In this document: one piece after another, positions 27,190 to 42,545 of the stretch
Position numbering within the stretch: the first letter of the stretch is position 1
Layout of the letters: each line of letters starts with the position of its first letter
NCBI RefSeq assembly: GCF_009914755.1
Contig: NC_060928.1
DNA: 64,000 nucleotides
Origin: the human T2T-CHM13v2.0 reference genome, Homo sapiens
Reading direction: 5' to 3' (one strand)
Made by a program: the position numbers and the translations under genes
The notes under the pieces: model-generated
Database searches by the model: none
What the model was told of the DNA's origin: nothing
The model's input: only the letters and a program-made list of their open reading frames with translations

Positions 27190-29540
27190 GTGGTGGAGTG
27201 GAGAGAAAGAGTGGTTATAAAAGAAGATGAGCAAAGAGATGAAGGGAGTACAAACCATGTAAAATCTGGTAGGCTACTGGAAGGACTTTGGCGTTTACTC
27301 CAAATGAAATGGAAGGCATGGGAGGGTGGCCCAATGTGACTTTTATTTTAACAGCATTAGTCTGGTTGTTTGTATTGAACATTCACTATAGGAGACCAAG
27401 TGTACAAAAACAGAATCAGCAAAGAAACTAATGTAAAATATTATGGAGGCTGAACCAAAGTGGTAGAAGTGGACAAAGTAAGAAACAGTCATCAGGTTCT
27501 GGATATATTTTCAAAGTACAGCCAAGGGGATTTGGTGACAGATGTGGGGTGTGAGAGAAAAAGAGGAGTCAAGAAAGGCTCCAAAGTTTTTTTGGCCTGA
27601 GCAACTGGTAGATCTGCTATTTATTAAAGTGAGGAAGACTGTGAGAGATTTGAGGAGGGAATAGCAAGAGCTCAGTTCTAAACATGTTAAATTGGGCAGC
27701 CTATTAGACATCTAAGAGGAGATGCTGAGCGGGCAGTTGGATATAAGAGTCTACAGTTCAGGGGAAAAGTCTGAGCAAAGCCAGAAGACTAAATAAAGCC
27801 ATTAGGAATAAGTGTAGAAAAAGAGATTATCAAAGGACTGAACCTTAGTTGGCTGGAGACATAAGAAAATTAGTCAAGGGGACTGACAGAGTAGTTAGTG
27901 AAGCAGGAAGAAAACCAGGAGGCGTTGTATCCTGGAAGCTAAGTGCAGAGAGTATTTCAAAGAGACGAGAGTGATCAGCAATTATTTATGTTGCTACTTA
28001 ATAAAATAAGATGAGGGCTGAGTACTGACCATTGGATTCAGCAAAAAGGAGGCCATTGATGACGTGAATAATAGCAGTTTGGGTAAAATACTGAGGGCAA
28101 AAGTCTGCTGGAACTGGAAGAGAAACTGGCAAAAGAAGAACTAGAGACAATTCTTTAAAACATCCACTGGAAAGTGAAGGAAGGAAATAAGGCAACAGCT
28201 AGAGAAAAAATGTGGCATCAAGAGTTTTCTTGTTTTTAAGATAAAAGAAGTCATAATATTTTCTGTGTTGAAAGAATAATCCAGTAGGTGGAAAAAAAAT
28301 AATACATATGAAAGAGAGAGAACTGCTAAAGCAATATCCTTGATTCAGCAAAGATAAATGGGACTAGTACACAATGGAGAAGTTGGCCCTAGCTAGAATA
28401 GATCCCATAGTAACCACAGAGAAGACAGAAGATATGAGAACAGATGGGGTAAGTAGGATGAGGTTAGACCTGGTAGCAGCAGTATGTAGAAGTTGTCTTC
28501 TGTTTGTTTCAAATTTCTTATAAAATAGGAAACAAGGTCATCAGCTGATAGAATAGAGGAGGATAGTTTGAACATTTGAAGAGAGAAGAGAAGCTATGAA
28601 ATAGTCATCGGCCTGGTGCATTGGCTCACACCTGTAACCCCAACACTTTGGGAGACTGAGGCGGGTGAATCACGAGGTCAGTTCAAGATCAGCCTGGCCA
28701 AGATGGTGAAACCCCATCTCTACTAAAAATACAAAAAATTAGCCAGGCGTGGTGGTGGGTGCCTGTAATCCCAGCTATTCGGGAGGCTGAGGCGGAGAAT
28801 TGCTTTAACCCAGGAGGCGGAGGCTGCAGTGAGCTGAGATCGCACCACTGCACTCCAGCCCGGAGGACACAGTGAAACTCTGTCTCAAAAAAAAAAAAAA
28901 AAAAAAAAGTCACCTAGGTGAGGGGAAGAGGTGATAGACTAGGGATATAGAGCATAATTACTGAGCAGCATTAAGGGCCCACTTGAGATTAGTGATTGTG
29001 AACTTAAAGTGAAAACTCCAGCATGCCTCTGTGTTTTTCTCTGGTCATGTTCATGGGTACACCCATGAAAAAGTGGAGACTTGGTTTAAACCAGAATTAA
29101 GGTTTAGCCAAGCGGATCTGACAAAATGAAAGAGGGAAAAGGGAACTGAGAGTATATGCATGGCAATGATTTGGACTGGCCATGAGATTTAAGCTCAGAA
29201 GAGAGAAAAATGAAGACATGAAAAGAGGTTAAGATTTTGCAAAGGTGTTAGGATCAATGTCTTGTAGGTCTTGCTAGGGTTGAGAATGGTTGTGTTAGGA
29301 CACTCAAAGGTGTGAAATAGAAGATGGTTGGTGGTTAGTGATTAGGATGCCTGATACTGAGATAATAGAAGAGCCACAGTAATTTGTAATGATGTGATCT
29401 GTAGTATGCAAGAGTGACTAAGGTGGCATCAGGGAGAAACAAGGATACTGAAATCACTAAGAATTATGACATAGGAATATCAGAGAAAGTATAGTAACCC
29501 AGGAGCTCATCTCCTCAAGCAATGAGAAAGTTACCTGGAG
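27190..29540 (-). mobile_element. Long L2 (L2a-like) fragment interrupted by an Alu
   Basis: ggggtgtgagagaaaaagaggagtcaagaa...tttggcctgagcaactgg and gagtactgaccattggattcagcaa. Confidence 0.8.
28610..28908 (+). mobile_element. AluS SINE (antisense to RAB28)
   Basis: Full dimer with a 22-nt A tail and degenerate TSD aaatagtcatc/aaaaagtcacc. Confidence 0.96.
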
Positions 29541-29989
29541 CTAGAAATGATTACAAGTCTTAAAGTAATTTCATAAGAACAAACCATTTCAAAGTACCAC
29601 TTAAAAAAAATGAAGTTTTTTAATAGTGGTTCAATATAAGCAAACAAAAAACACTAAGTGGCAAAAAAATACTAAGTGGTTAAAAACAAGCTAAAATACT
29701 ACAAGTTAAAATAATTCTGAAATGGCAAAAAAAGCCCCTGGGAAGATTAAGTGAGGGTAGAAGCCCAGTGAATCCATGGATGAGTTTATCTACAATTATT
29801 GACATTACATTTTTTAAAAAGGCATGGATGGGTGAGTATGTGCCCATGTTCACATTGTCTGAGGGGAAAGGATTCCAGGAGGCCAAATTTTTTAATGGGT
29901 CTTACCAAAAGAAAGAATAAACCCCCATCATATTATTTATTTTAGGTGTAAAACTATAAAGGATATTACAGAGAAAAACATCAAAAATC

Positions 29990-30660
29990 TTAAACCACAG
30001 AAAAATTTCAAACTTCTTTTAGTTGAAAAATGTCAACTGGAAAAATAGTCAAATAGGGGTCAGTGATGATTATTTGAAAAAATTATGATACATGACTATT
30101 AGCACTAATATAAAAATGGTCATAGAAAATTTCTAAATACAATAGAAAGTTATAACAAGTAAAAAGCAGAAAGTGAATAACTAATAAAACTTTTAAAATT
30201 TCAACCTCAATTATAATCAAAGAAATTCAAATTTAAATAGTGAAGTATCTTTTTTCTTTTTTGGGGCCTACCAATTTGACAAAGATTTTAAAATAAATAC
30301 ATAGATAAATCCTGAATGTTAAAAGGATGTAGTTATGGCAATCATACAATGCTGGTGATAGCATGAATTTAGTCTTTCTGGTGGTGATTTGGCAATGTTT
30401 CAATCTCCTTTCAAGGAATCTACCTAAAGAAAATAATCAAAACACCAAAAGCTTACGGACAAAATTTTACATTAGAACATTATGTTCAAAACTTAACAAC
30501 CTATATGTTCCACAATAAGAATAAGATTGAATAAATTTCTGAACATTTATTAAATGAATTATTCAATCTATTATTAAATGACATGGGAACAATAAAAATA
30601 TTAAGTAAAAAGTAAAATATAAAATTATTTCTATATTATAATCTTAATTTTTAAAAATAA
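29990..30660 (+). mobile_element. Old L1M fragment
   Basis: aatcaaagaaattcaaatttaaa, tgctggtgatagcatgaattt and tttctggtggtgatttggcaa. Confidence 0.55.
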
Positions 30661-31170
30661 ATATAGGGTTGTGACTGTGAGCCCCAGAGTGTCACTATTT
30701 GCCTTCACAAATCCTCTCTCCTCCACTTATTAGCCGTGTAATCTGGACCCCATTACATAATTTCTCTAAGACTCATCTATAAAATGGAGATAATCAGAGT
30801 AGTACAATATCTATAATAAAGTAAGCACTCAATGAATGCCATCTCCTAGCCACAGGCAGCAGCACTAGTGTGAGCATCAGGAAAAGAGACTAGATGGAAT
30901 CATATGAGGTTATGAGTGGTTATCTCTAGATACTGACATTACGGGTGGTTTATATTCATTTTAATTCCCCTTTTAAAAATAACTAAAATTATGTTAAATA
31001 AATTATAAAAGTAATATAACCAGAATAAACATGTTATATCTAATCTAAGGAATTTCATGTTTTCAATAGGAATTAATTTGCTCCAAAAGTTAAATAGTGG
31101 AAGTATACTTCCTAGGAATGTTAGTAAATAAAAGGAAAACATCACATACAGTATTCATTATTTTACTTAC

Positions 31171-31274
31171 AGAGTCTCCTGTCTTGGCTGAGACAAAGTG
31201 GCTACTAAAACCATTTTCCTGGCAAAACCGTAAGTGTTTTTCAGGTTTTATTGTTCGCATATGCTCCAAATCAA
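31171..31274 (-). CDS. RAB28: RAB28 internal coding exon (104 bp, probably exon 5): (I)[34 protein letters not shown]
   Basis: Minus strand reads ttctag|TTGATTTGGAGCAT...GGAGACTCT|gtaagt. It contains the small-GTPase G5 box (VSAKTG) and the end of G4 (NKxD), and the peptide matches RAB28 as I recall it. Partly visible in ORF 31090..31404. Confidence 0.97.
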
Positions 31275-31369
31275 CTAGAAAGGTGTTAAAGAAAGAAAAT
31301 AATTCAATATTAGAGTCTATCAAAACGTTTTTAACATGTTTAAATTTGACTTGCTTTCCAATATTATAT

Positions 31370-31560
31370 TCCAGCTTCGACATCAGCTGTGCAACCTTGG
31401 ACAATTTATTAAACCTCTTTATGACTCAGTTTCCACATCTATAAACTGGGAATAATAAATATACCTATTTTGTAGAGAGTTATTTGATAATTAATCTATG
31501 TATAATGCACAAAGACCAGCACAGAAGTGCTAAAAAAAAAATGTGCGCTATCATTATTAT
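31370..31560 (+). mobile_element. MIR SINE just upstream of the 104-bp exon
   Basis: gctgtgcaaccttggacaatttattaaacctctttatgactcagtttccacatctataaactggg. Confidence 0.8.
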
Positions 31561-32323
31561 TATCATCTGTATAAGTTCAGGCACACTGATGATGCTCAAC
31601 AAAGATCTACTTAATATAGTACATTTAAACATGGTGATTAATTGAAGGCAAGTTGTACTTACCCAAGCATATTTGGCTTGAAAGAGTTTAATTACTTTAA
31701 TAATTAGCTCTGTAATCTCTATAAGCTTGAATGTTAGCACAAATACATAACTTTCTGCTTAAGAGATCAATATTACATTGTGTGTTTACATTAATTTATA
31801 GCCATACTTTAATTTCACAAAGACATAGTTCAGTTGTTTTCCATCTAGAGTATCCATTTTGAGAGTAAGGGGCAAGGATGTATTTCCTTAAATAGTTGTA
31901 GGTGCTTTAAAGCAAGGCACAGTACTCATATCCAATACTGGTTTTATCCAGCACAGTGTATTTTTCCAAATGTGATCCTTTATTTAACAGTTTCTCTTTT
32001 TACAACACTACAGACCCTATAAGGGTGTTGATTCAATGCCGTCAAATTATAAGGCAAATATATTCACAGGATTTAAGGACAACTAGGCTCTTTGAGTCAA
32101 TATAGGAAAAAAAAAACTTAAACTGATTTCCTGAGGAAGGGACCCAAATGACTTGTAAAAACTTGTAAATTTGCAAATCTAGTAAGCCTACATAATAGTG
32201 CCAATTGATTATCAACTAAAAAATGCACTCATACTACATAAAAGACTTTATTTAAAATTATATTGAAAGTCTTTAGTTTGTAGGCTCAAGGGTTCTCTCT
32301 CTAGGAGATTTTTTTTAATCTAA

Positions 32324-32677
<354 letters not shown>

Positions 32678-33224
32678 TTTTTGTTTTGCTTTGTTTTGTT
32701 TTTTTTGCTCTTCTGGCCAGAGTGCTATTCCTTAAACATCACTATCTCCTTATTTACAAGAACAGGCAAGGAATGTCCAGATACCACAGGCATCAATTTG
32801 TGGAAGACTAAAATACTAAGCTATTAGCACTGACATTTATATATCCAATTTATCATAATATTGGAGCTAACTTTTCTAATTCAACAAGAGTAAGAACAAA
32901 TCTTGTCACGAGGAAAAATCCCCATTGAAATCGCCACCCATTGAAATCACCATCCATTAAAAAATAAATAAATAAAAATAAAAGTTGTGTCACTTAATGT
33001 GTGTGTACATTTGTTTTTTCTAATGGTTTATTGCTTTTTATTTCTCTTTCTCCCTCCTTCCTTCCAAATCTCCATCTATCATTTACTACTCAAACAAAAG
33101 TTTTTTTCCTAACAAATATAACCATGGAAAGACTAGTAGTACCATTGTTCAATTGAAAAAAAAAGAACTTATTCAACAAACATTTATTGAGCATCTATTA
33201 TATGCCAGGTATTGTGGCAGGTAG

Positions 33225-33489
33225 TGATATGGTTTGGCTGTGTCCCCACCCAAATCTCATCTTGGGTGGCTGTGTCCTCATCCAAATCTCATCTGGAAAT
33301 GTAGCTCCCATAATCCTCACAGGTCATGGGAGGGACCTGGTGGAAGGTAACTGAATCATGGAGACGGCTTTTCCTGTGCTGTTCTCATGATAGTAAATAA
33401 GTTCTCATGAGATCTTATAGTTTTATAAAGGGCAGTTCCCCTGCACATGCCATCTTGCCTGACGCCATGTAAGGCGTGCCTGTGCTCCC
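33225..33489 (+). mobile_element. THE1 (C/D-like) MaLR LTR, 3'-truncated
   Basis: Starts tgatatggtttggctgtgtccccacccaaatctcatctt and contains gccatgtaaggcgtgcc. The LTR 3' end is missing. Confidence 0.85.
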
Positions 33490-36400
33490 ACAGGAGATTT
33501 TAGCCCTAGGGGAACTGTCAGACCTGAATGATGCAGGGCAGTCCTGCCTATCACACAGGGCTAGTCCAACCTCAGCATCCCTTGGTCTGCTGCCCTCTCC
33601 TGAGGTCCCAGCCTGGCCATACTTGCTTGCAGTGCAGTCTTGGATGTACTGGGGGTCCACATTATACCTCTGCACTGGTGCACTGCACCTGACTGGTGGA
33701 AAGTAGTACTCACCGCCATGCACCAGCCTCCCTCGCCCCAGTGAACCCTGCCAACCCCACCACCTCCAGAGCCTCACCCCTGCACCAACACTGCCGCAAG
33801 AGTGAAACTAGGAAGGGAGAACAATGGACCTCCCCTACCCTGAGCAGCCACCCCACCTGAGTGATCATGCACAGAGGGCAGGCACAGACCTGCACCCGCC
33901 AGCACCCGACCCCCATGCTAATACCACCACCAGCACAGTAGCCAGCAGGGGCCCTCAAAGCAGTATTGCCTCTGCTGCTGCTGTGAATGCCTGCAGGGAG
34001 GCAGGCACCTGCTAGCACCCTGCTGCAGTTGATGAGTGTGTACCCCACCGTGCTGCTGCTGCTGCTGCTGCTAGCACATGCAAACAAGGACAAATCCCAC
34101 TGCCGCTGCCTTACGAAACACTTTGGCTAGTACCACCTACTGAAGTGTAATGACCAGTGGTCCAGGAATACGTAGGTCCCACCAGCACAGTGGGTTCCTA
34201 ACCTCGAGGAGTCAGAGAACAAATCTGGGGCTGGATACAAGTCCCCCAGATTTAGAGCATGCAGTCCAGGAGCTGGGAGCTGAGGCTTGGCCCCCTAAAA
34301 TCTTCCAGAAATGAAGCCAGTTGACTGAACCCACTTTATACCACAATCAAACTCTCAAGGTCATCAAATAGGATAAAAGAAAAAAAGTCCAAAGATCAGC
34401 AACATCAAAGACCGAAAGAACATAAGCCCCCAAAGATGAGAAAGAATGAACATAAGAACTCTAACAACTCAAAAAGCCAGAGTACCTTCTTTCCTCTAAA
34501 TGACGGCACTACTTCTCCTGCAAGGGTTCTGAACTGGACTGAGATGGCTGAAATGACAGAAAAAGAATTCAGAATATGGATAGAAACGAAGGTCACTGAG
34601 ATGCAGGAGTATGTTGAAACCCAATCCAAGGAAGATCCAAATGATACAGGAGCTGACAGACAAAACAGCCAGTACAGAAAAGAATATAGCTGACCTGATA
34701 GAGCTGAAAAATACACTACAGTAATTTCATAATGCAATTCCAACTATTAATAGCAGAATAGATCAACCTTAGGAAAGAATCCCAGAGCCTGAAGACTGGC
34801 TTCCTGAAATAAGTCAGACAAGAATAAAGGAAAAAGAATGAAAAGGAATGAACAAAATCTCTGAGAAATAGGAGATTACATAAAGAGAACAAATCCACAA
34901 CTCATTGGTGTCCCTGAAACAGATGGGGAGATTGGAAGCAAATTGGAACACATATTTCAAGATATCATCCATGAGAATCTCCCCAACCTAGCTAGAGAGG
35001 CCAACATTCAAATTCAGGAAATGAAGAGAACCCCAGTAAGATACTTCACAAGAAGATCATCCCCAAGACACATAATCATCAGATCCTCCAAGGTTGAAAT
35101 AAAAGGAAAAATGTTAAAAGCAGCTAGAGAGAAGGGTCAGGTCACATACAAAGGGAAGCCCATAAGACTAACAGACCTCTTACCAGAAACCCTAAAGGCC
35201 AGAAGGGTTAATATTCAATGTTCTTAAAGAAAAGAAATTCCAGCCCAGAATTTCATATCTGGCCAAACTAAGCAAAAAAGAAATAAGATCCTTTTCAGAC
35301 AAGCAAATGCTCAGGGAATTCTTAGCAGACCTGGCTTACAAGAGCTCCTAAAGGAAGCAGTGAATATGGAAAGGAAAGACCACTATCAACCACTACAAAA
35401 ACACACTTAAGTACACGGACCACTGATACTATAAAGCAACCACACAAAAAAGTCTGCATAATAACCAGCTAACCTCATGATGACATCCACATGCGAAAGA
35501 ATAAAAACAGACTCTTATCTTTCACCATAAGCAAAAATCAACTCAAAATGGAGTAAAGGCTTAAATTTAAGACCAGAAACTGTGAAATTCCTAGAAGAAA
35601 ACAAGAGAAATGCTTACAGACATTGGTTTGGGCAAAGATTTTTATGGATGAGACCTCAAAAGCACAGACAACAAAACCAAAAATAGACAAACAGAATTAT
35701 ATCAAACAAAAACCTTCTACAGAGCAAAAGAAACAATCAACAGAGTGAAGAAATAACCTGCAGAATGGGAGAAAATATTTACAAACTCTGATAAAATATT
35801 AATATCAAGAATACACAAGGAACTCAAAAAACCCTGCAAGACAACCTAAGCAAAACCATTCTGGACATAGGAACAGGCAGATATTTCAGGATGAGGATGC
35901 CAAAAGCAACTGCAACAAAAACAAAAATTTACAAATGGTACCTAATTAAACTAAAGAACTTCTCCACAGCAAAAGAAACTATCAACAGAGTAAACAGACA
36001 ACCTACAGAATGGGAGAAAAGTTTGCAAACTATGCATCTGACAAAGATCTAATATCAAACATCTATAAGGTATTTAAACAAATTTACAAGAAAAAAAAAC
36101 AGCTCAATTAAAAAGTGGGCCAAGGACCTGAACAGATACTTCTCAAAAGAAGACATACATGCATCCAACTAACATGAAAAAAAGCTCAACATCACTGATC
36201 ATTAGAGAAATGCAAATCAAAACCACAATGAGATACCATCACACACTAGTCAGAATGGAAAAACCCAAAAAATAACAGGTGCTGGCAAGATTGCAGACAA
36301 AAGGGAATGCTTACATACTGTTGGTGGAAGTATAAATTACTTCAACCATTGTTGAAAACAGTGTGGTGATTCCTCAAGTACTTAAAACAGAACTACCATT

Positions 36401-36930
36401 CAACACAGCAACCCCATTACTGGGTATATACCCAAAGGAATATAAATCATTCTATCTTAAAAACACTTGCAAGTGTATGTCCCTTGCAGCACTATTCAAA
36501 ATAGCAAAGACATGGAGTCAACCTAAATGCCTGTCATTGACAGATTGGATAAAGACAATGCAGTACATATGCACCATAGAATACTATACAGCCATGAAAA
36601 AGGAGATCATGTCCTTTGTGGGAACATGGATGGACCTGGAGACCATTATCCTTAGCAAACTAATGCAAGAACAGAAAATCAAATATGACATGTTCTCACT
36701 TATAAGTAGGAGAAAAATGATGAGAACACATGGACACATAGAGGGGAACAATAGACACTGTGGCCTACAAGAGGATGGAGGGTGGGAGGGGACAGAGGAT
36801 CAGGAAAAAGAACTAATAGGTACTAGGTGTAATACCTGGGTGATGAAAAAATCTGTACAACAAACTCTCATGACACAAGTGTAACTATGTAACAAACCTG
36901 CATATGTATCCACGAACTTAAAAGTTAAAA
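33490..36930 (+). mobile_element. Old primate L1 (L1PA13-16-like): 5' region, disrupted ORF1, large ORF2 deletion, ORF2 3' end and 3' UTR
   Basis: ORF1-like peptides at 34436..34693 and 34943..35227 (RHIIIR..KVE..MLKAAREKGQVTYKGKPIRLT), ORF2 C-terminal-like 36363..36884, and a 3' end aacttaaaagttaaaa. Confidence 0.9.
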
Positions 36931-37860
36931 GAAAATATAGGAAGTTAACATGATTAGCAAGACAATGGAAATCTAAGCATCATAATTGTCTCTGCTATTC
37001 TGGTCATCTCACATGTAATCAAATAGTCATAAAATTACATTAAATTTAATTATAAATTGTGAAGCCTATTTTACATTTTCACATATTAGGGAAAAACATT
37101 AACAAAACTTGTACCATTGGAGAAATGTTATTTCTGTTGCCCTTTAATGGCTCAAGTGATAATGGAAAATAGTACAAAAACAAAAATCCATACCTCATTG
37201 TCAACACATTTTGTTGGAAGATATAAGGAAAGCAATGCTGAAGTATGAGAAGTAATTATACAGTGTGGAGGTTTGCTACACATTTAGGTAAAAGTACAGA
37301 TGGCTTGAACATGACATCTTTTGGTATTTGCTAGATTCTCCTTCAACAATGAAATCTGAAGAAAATAGCTGTCTGTGAAGAATTAAAGAAAAAATGTATG
37401 TTTTCAACATGATTGATTCTTCAATTTCAAAAAAAATTTTATTTGCATGGAGTGGATACTTTTGACTGGAATGAAAATACAATTCTGAAAATATAGCACC
37501 ACCATTTTTGAATGCCAGACAAAGTATATGTGCTTCTAAAGACATTGTCCACACAATGCAAAACTTGTTGAGGGATCTGCTTATCTTTCCTCCCTGACTT
37601 TCCCCAGGTCAAATTATAAACTTGATAACCCAAGAACTCCCAGGGTCAATTTTCACCCATTACTATCATTCAGTATTTTGTAACCCAGTGTCAATTTTCA
37701 CCCATCACTATCATTCAGTATTTTGTAAGATCTTTTAACAAACGTGGTGTTATTCTAACATCTCTGCTTTCAGACAGCAAGATTTACTTGGAGAGTCGGA
37801 TACGCCATAAAAGCAATGCTAATTAAGAGCTACATTTTATTGGTTTAAAATGTAGTCTTC

Positions 37861-39152
37861 CAAATAGAATAGAAAGCCCAGAAATAAACCTCACATATAT
37901 GGCCAAATGATCTTCTATAAGGAGGCCAATACAACTCAGTGGGGAAAAGGACAATCTCTTCAACAAATTATGTTGAGAAAACTGGATTTTCACATGTAAA
38001 AGAATGAAGTTGGACCTTTATCTTACACCACACACAAAAATTAACTCAAAATCAATTAAAGACCTTAACATAAAAACCAAAAACTGTAAAACTCCTGGAA
38101 GAAAACACAGGGAAAAAGCTTCAGGTCATTGGACTTGGTGGTGATTTCTTGGACATGACACCGAATGCAGAGAAACAAAAGAAATAACAGACGAACAGGG
38201 CCACATCAAACTTAAAAATTTTCGTGTATCAAAGCACATAATCAACACAGTGAAGACACAACCTACAAAATGGGAGAAGATATTTGCAAATCATATATCT
38301 GACAAAATGTTAATATCTAGAATATATAAAGAACACCTACAACTCAACAACAAAAAACACAATTTACAAATAAGCAAAAGGCTTGAATAGATATTTCCTC
38401 AAAGATAACACATCATCAGAGAAATGGAAATCAAAACTACAAAGAAATATCACCATTAAGGTGGCTAAATTTAAAAAAACAAGGATGAAAAAGATGTAGA
38501 GAAATTGAAACACTAATGTTTGTTGGTGGGACTGTAAAGTGGTGCAACTGCTACAGAAAACTGTATGGGGTTTCTGAGAAAGTTAAACATAGAACGACTG
38601 TATGATCCAGTAATCCAACTTCTGGGTATATATCCCAAAGAACTGAATGCAGGGTCTTGAAGAGATATTTGCTATTTGCACATCCAAGTTTACAACAGCA
38701 CTAGTCATAATAGCTAAGAGGTGGAAGTAATCCAGATGTTCACTGATGAATGACTGGATAAACAAAATGCAGTGTATATATACAATGGAATATTATTCAG
38801 CCTTAAAAAGAAAGGAAATCTTGTCACATGCTACAACATGGATGAACCTTGAGCGCATTACGTTAAGTGAAATAAGCAAGTCACCAAATGCAAATATCAT
38901 ATGATTCCACTCTTATGAGGTTAACTAAACTAGTCAAATTCAGAGACAGAAAGTAGAATAGTGGTTGCCAGGGGATGTAGGCAGAGGAAAAAAGAAGTTG
39001 TTGTTTCATGGCTATAGAATTCCAGATTTGCAAGATGAAAAAGTTCTGAAGATTTGTTTCACAACAATATGACTACAGTAACACTACTGAACTGTACACT
39101 TGAAATGGTTAAGATGGTAAATTTTGTAGTTTTTTAACCACCATTTGAAAAA
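37861..39152 (+). mobile_element. L1MA/L1MB-type 3' fragment
   Basis: aatagaaagcccagaaataaacc ... atggttaagatggtaaattttg. Confidence 0.85.
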
Positions 39153-39454
39153 ACATAGCTTTCCAAAGCTACAGTTATTGATAATCCACCACTCTGAAAT
39201 ACTTTAATGGAAAATTTCAAATTTATACAAAAGTAAATAGTATAATGACTCTTGAAGTACTCATCACTTACCCTCAACAATTGTCAAGTCATGACCAATC
39301 CTATTTCATCCATACCACCACTCTCAGATTATTTGAAGGCAAATTGAACACATATATCACTACATGCATAGATATTTTAGTACCATGTTTTGTTTTTATT
39401 TCATTGAGGTTTACAGCTTTTATTCAGAAGCAACAAATTAAAATTCTGAATCTA

Positions 39455-41774
<2,320 letters not shown>

Positions 41775-42245
41775 AAAATTCTGAATCTAAAGTTGTCACT
41801 TTTATCCTCCATTTGGCCCTGCTGATTCTAGTGGAACACTAACTCTCTAAATTTATGTGATGGTTCAGAATTTATTCACTTGGATAACTTCCAGGATAAA
41901 GTGGCCTGTATATTAGGATATAGAGACAGATTTTGATGAGTAACAGGAAGATTATGATATTAAATAGTAAATAATTCTGATTAAAATTACATTATATCAA
42001 ATATCTTTATAAAGAAAATGTCCTAACAGTAAAATTTTTTCATATCCCAAGAGATGACCTCTGTTATTATTTTACCAATCCAGAGATGATAGATTATATA
42101 CAAGAATTTGTCCCATACAAGAAATAACTTTTCTTGACTTTGCATTAAGGTAAATACAGAAGAAACTTGGGTTGAATATAGTTATAGTTCTTCAGTTATT
42201 TACAGATTCATCTGGAAAGAAAGTAGTGCAAAGTGATAAAGAATG

Positions 42246-42545
42246 CACTCTCCAACAGCGTGCAAGCATTCCCTTTCCTCCATATCCTGGCCAGCACTTG
42301 TAATCTCTTGTTAATAATAAGGTATTGTATTCTTGGAAGTTGCTAAGAGAATAGATTTTAAGTATTCTCACCACAAAAAAAGATAAGTGTTTTCTTGAAC
42401 GTTGCTAAGAGAATAGATTTTAAGTGTTTTCACCACAAAAAAATGATAAGTATGTGAGGAAATAAATACGTTAATTAGCTTGATTTAGCCATTACTCAAT
42501 GTACACATATTTAAAAACATAATGCTGTAAACAATAAATATAGTG
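42246..42545 (+). mobile_element. L1MA 3' fragment preceded by an inverted L1 piece
   Basis: 42246-42311 is an antisense ORF2 end, followed by a sense 3' UTR ttgctaagagaatagattttaag...ttaattagcttgatttagccatt. Confidence 0.75.

Noticed and set aside
31090-31444. ORFs 31090..31404 (-) and 31097..31444 (+) as standalone genes
   Set aside because: The minus ORF is the real 104-bp exon extended into introns, and the plus ORF is its antisense shadow.
34050-34072. (CTG)n tract as a coding or expansion-disease repeat
   Set aside because: About seven units inside an intronic L1 5' region, not exonic.
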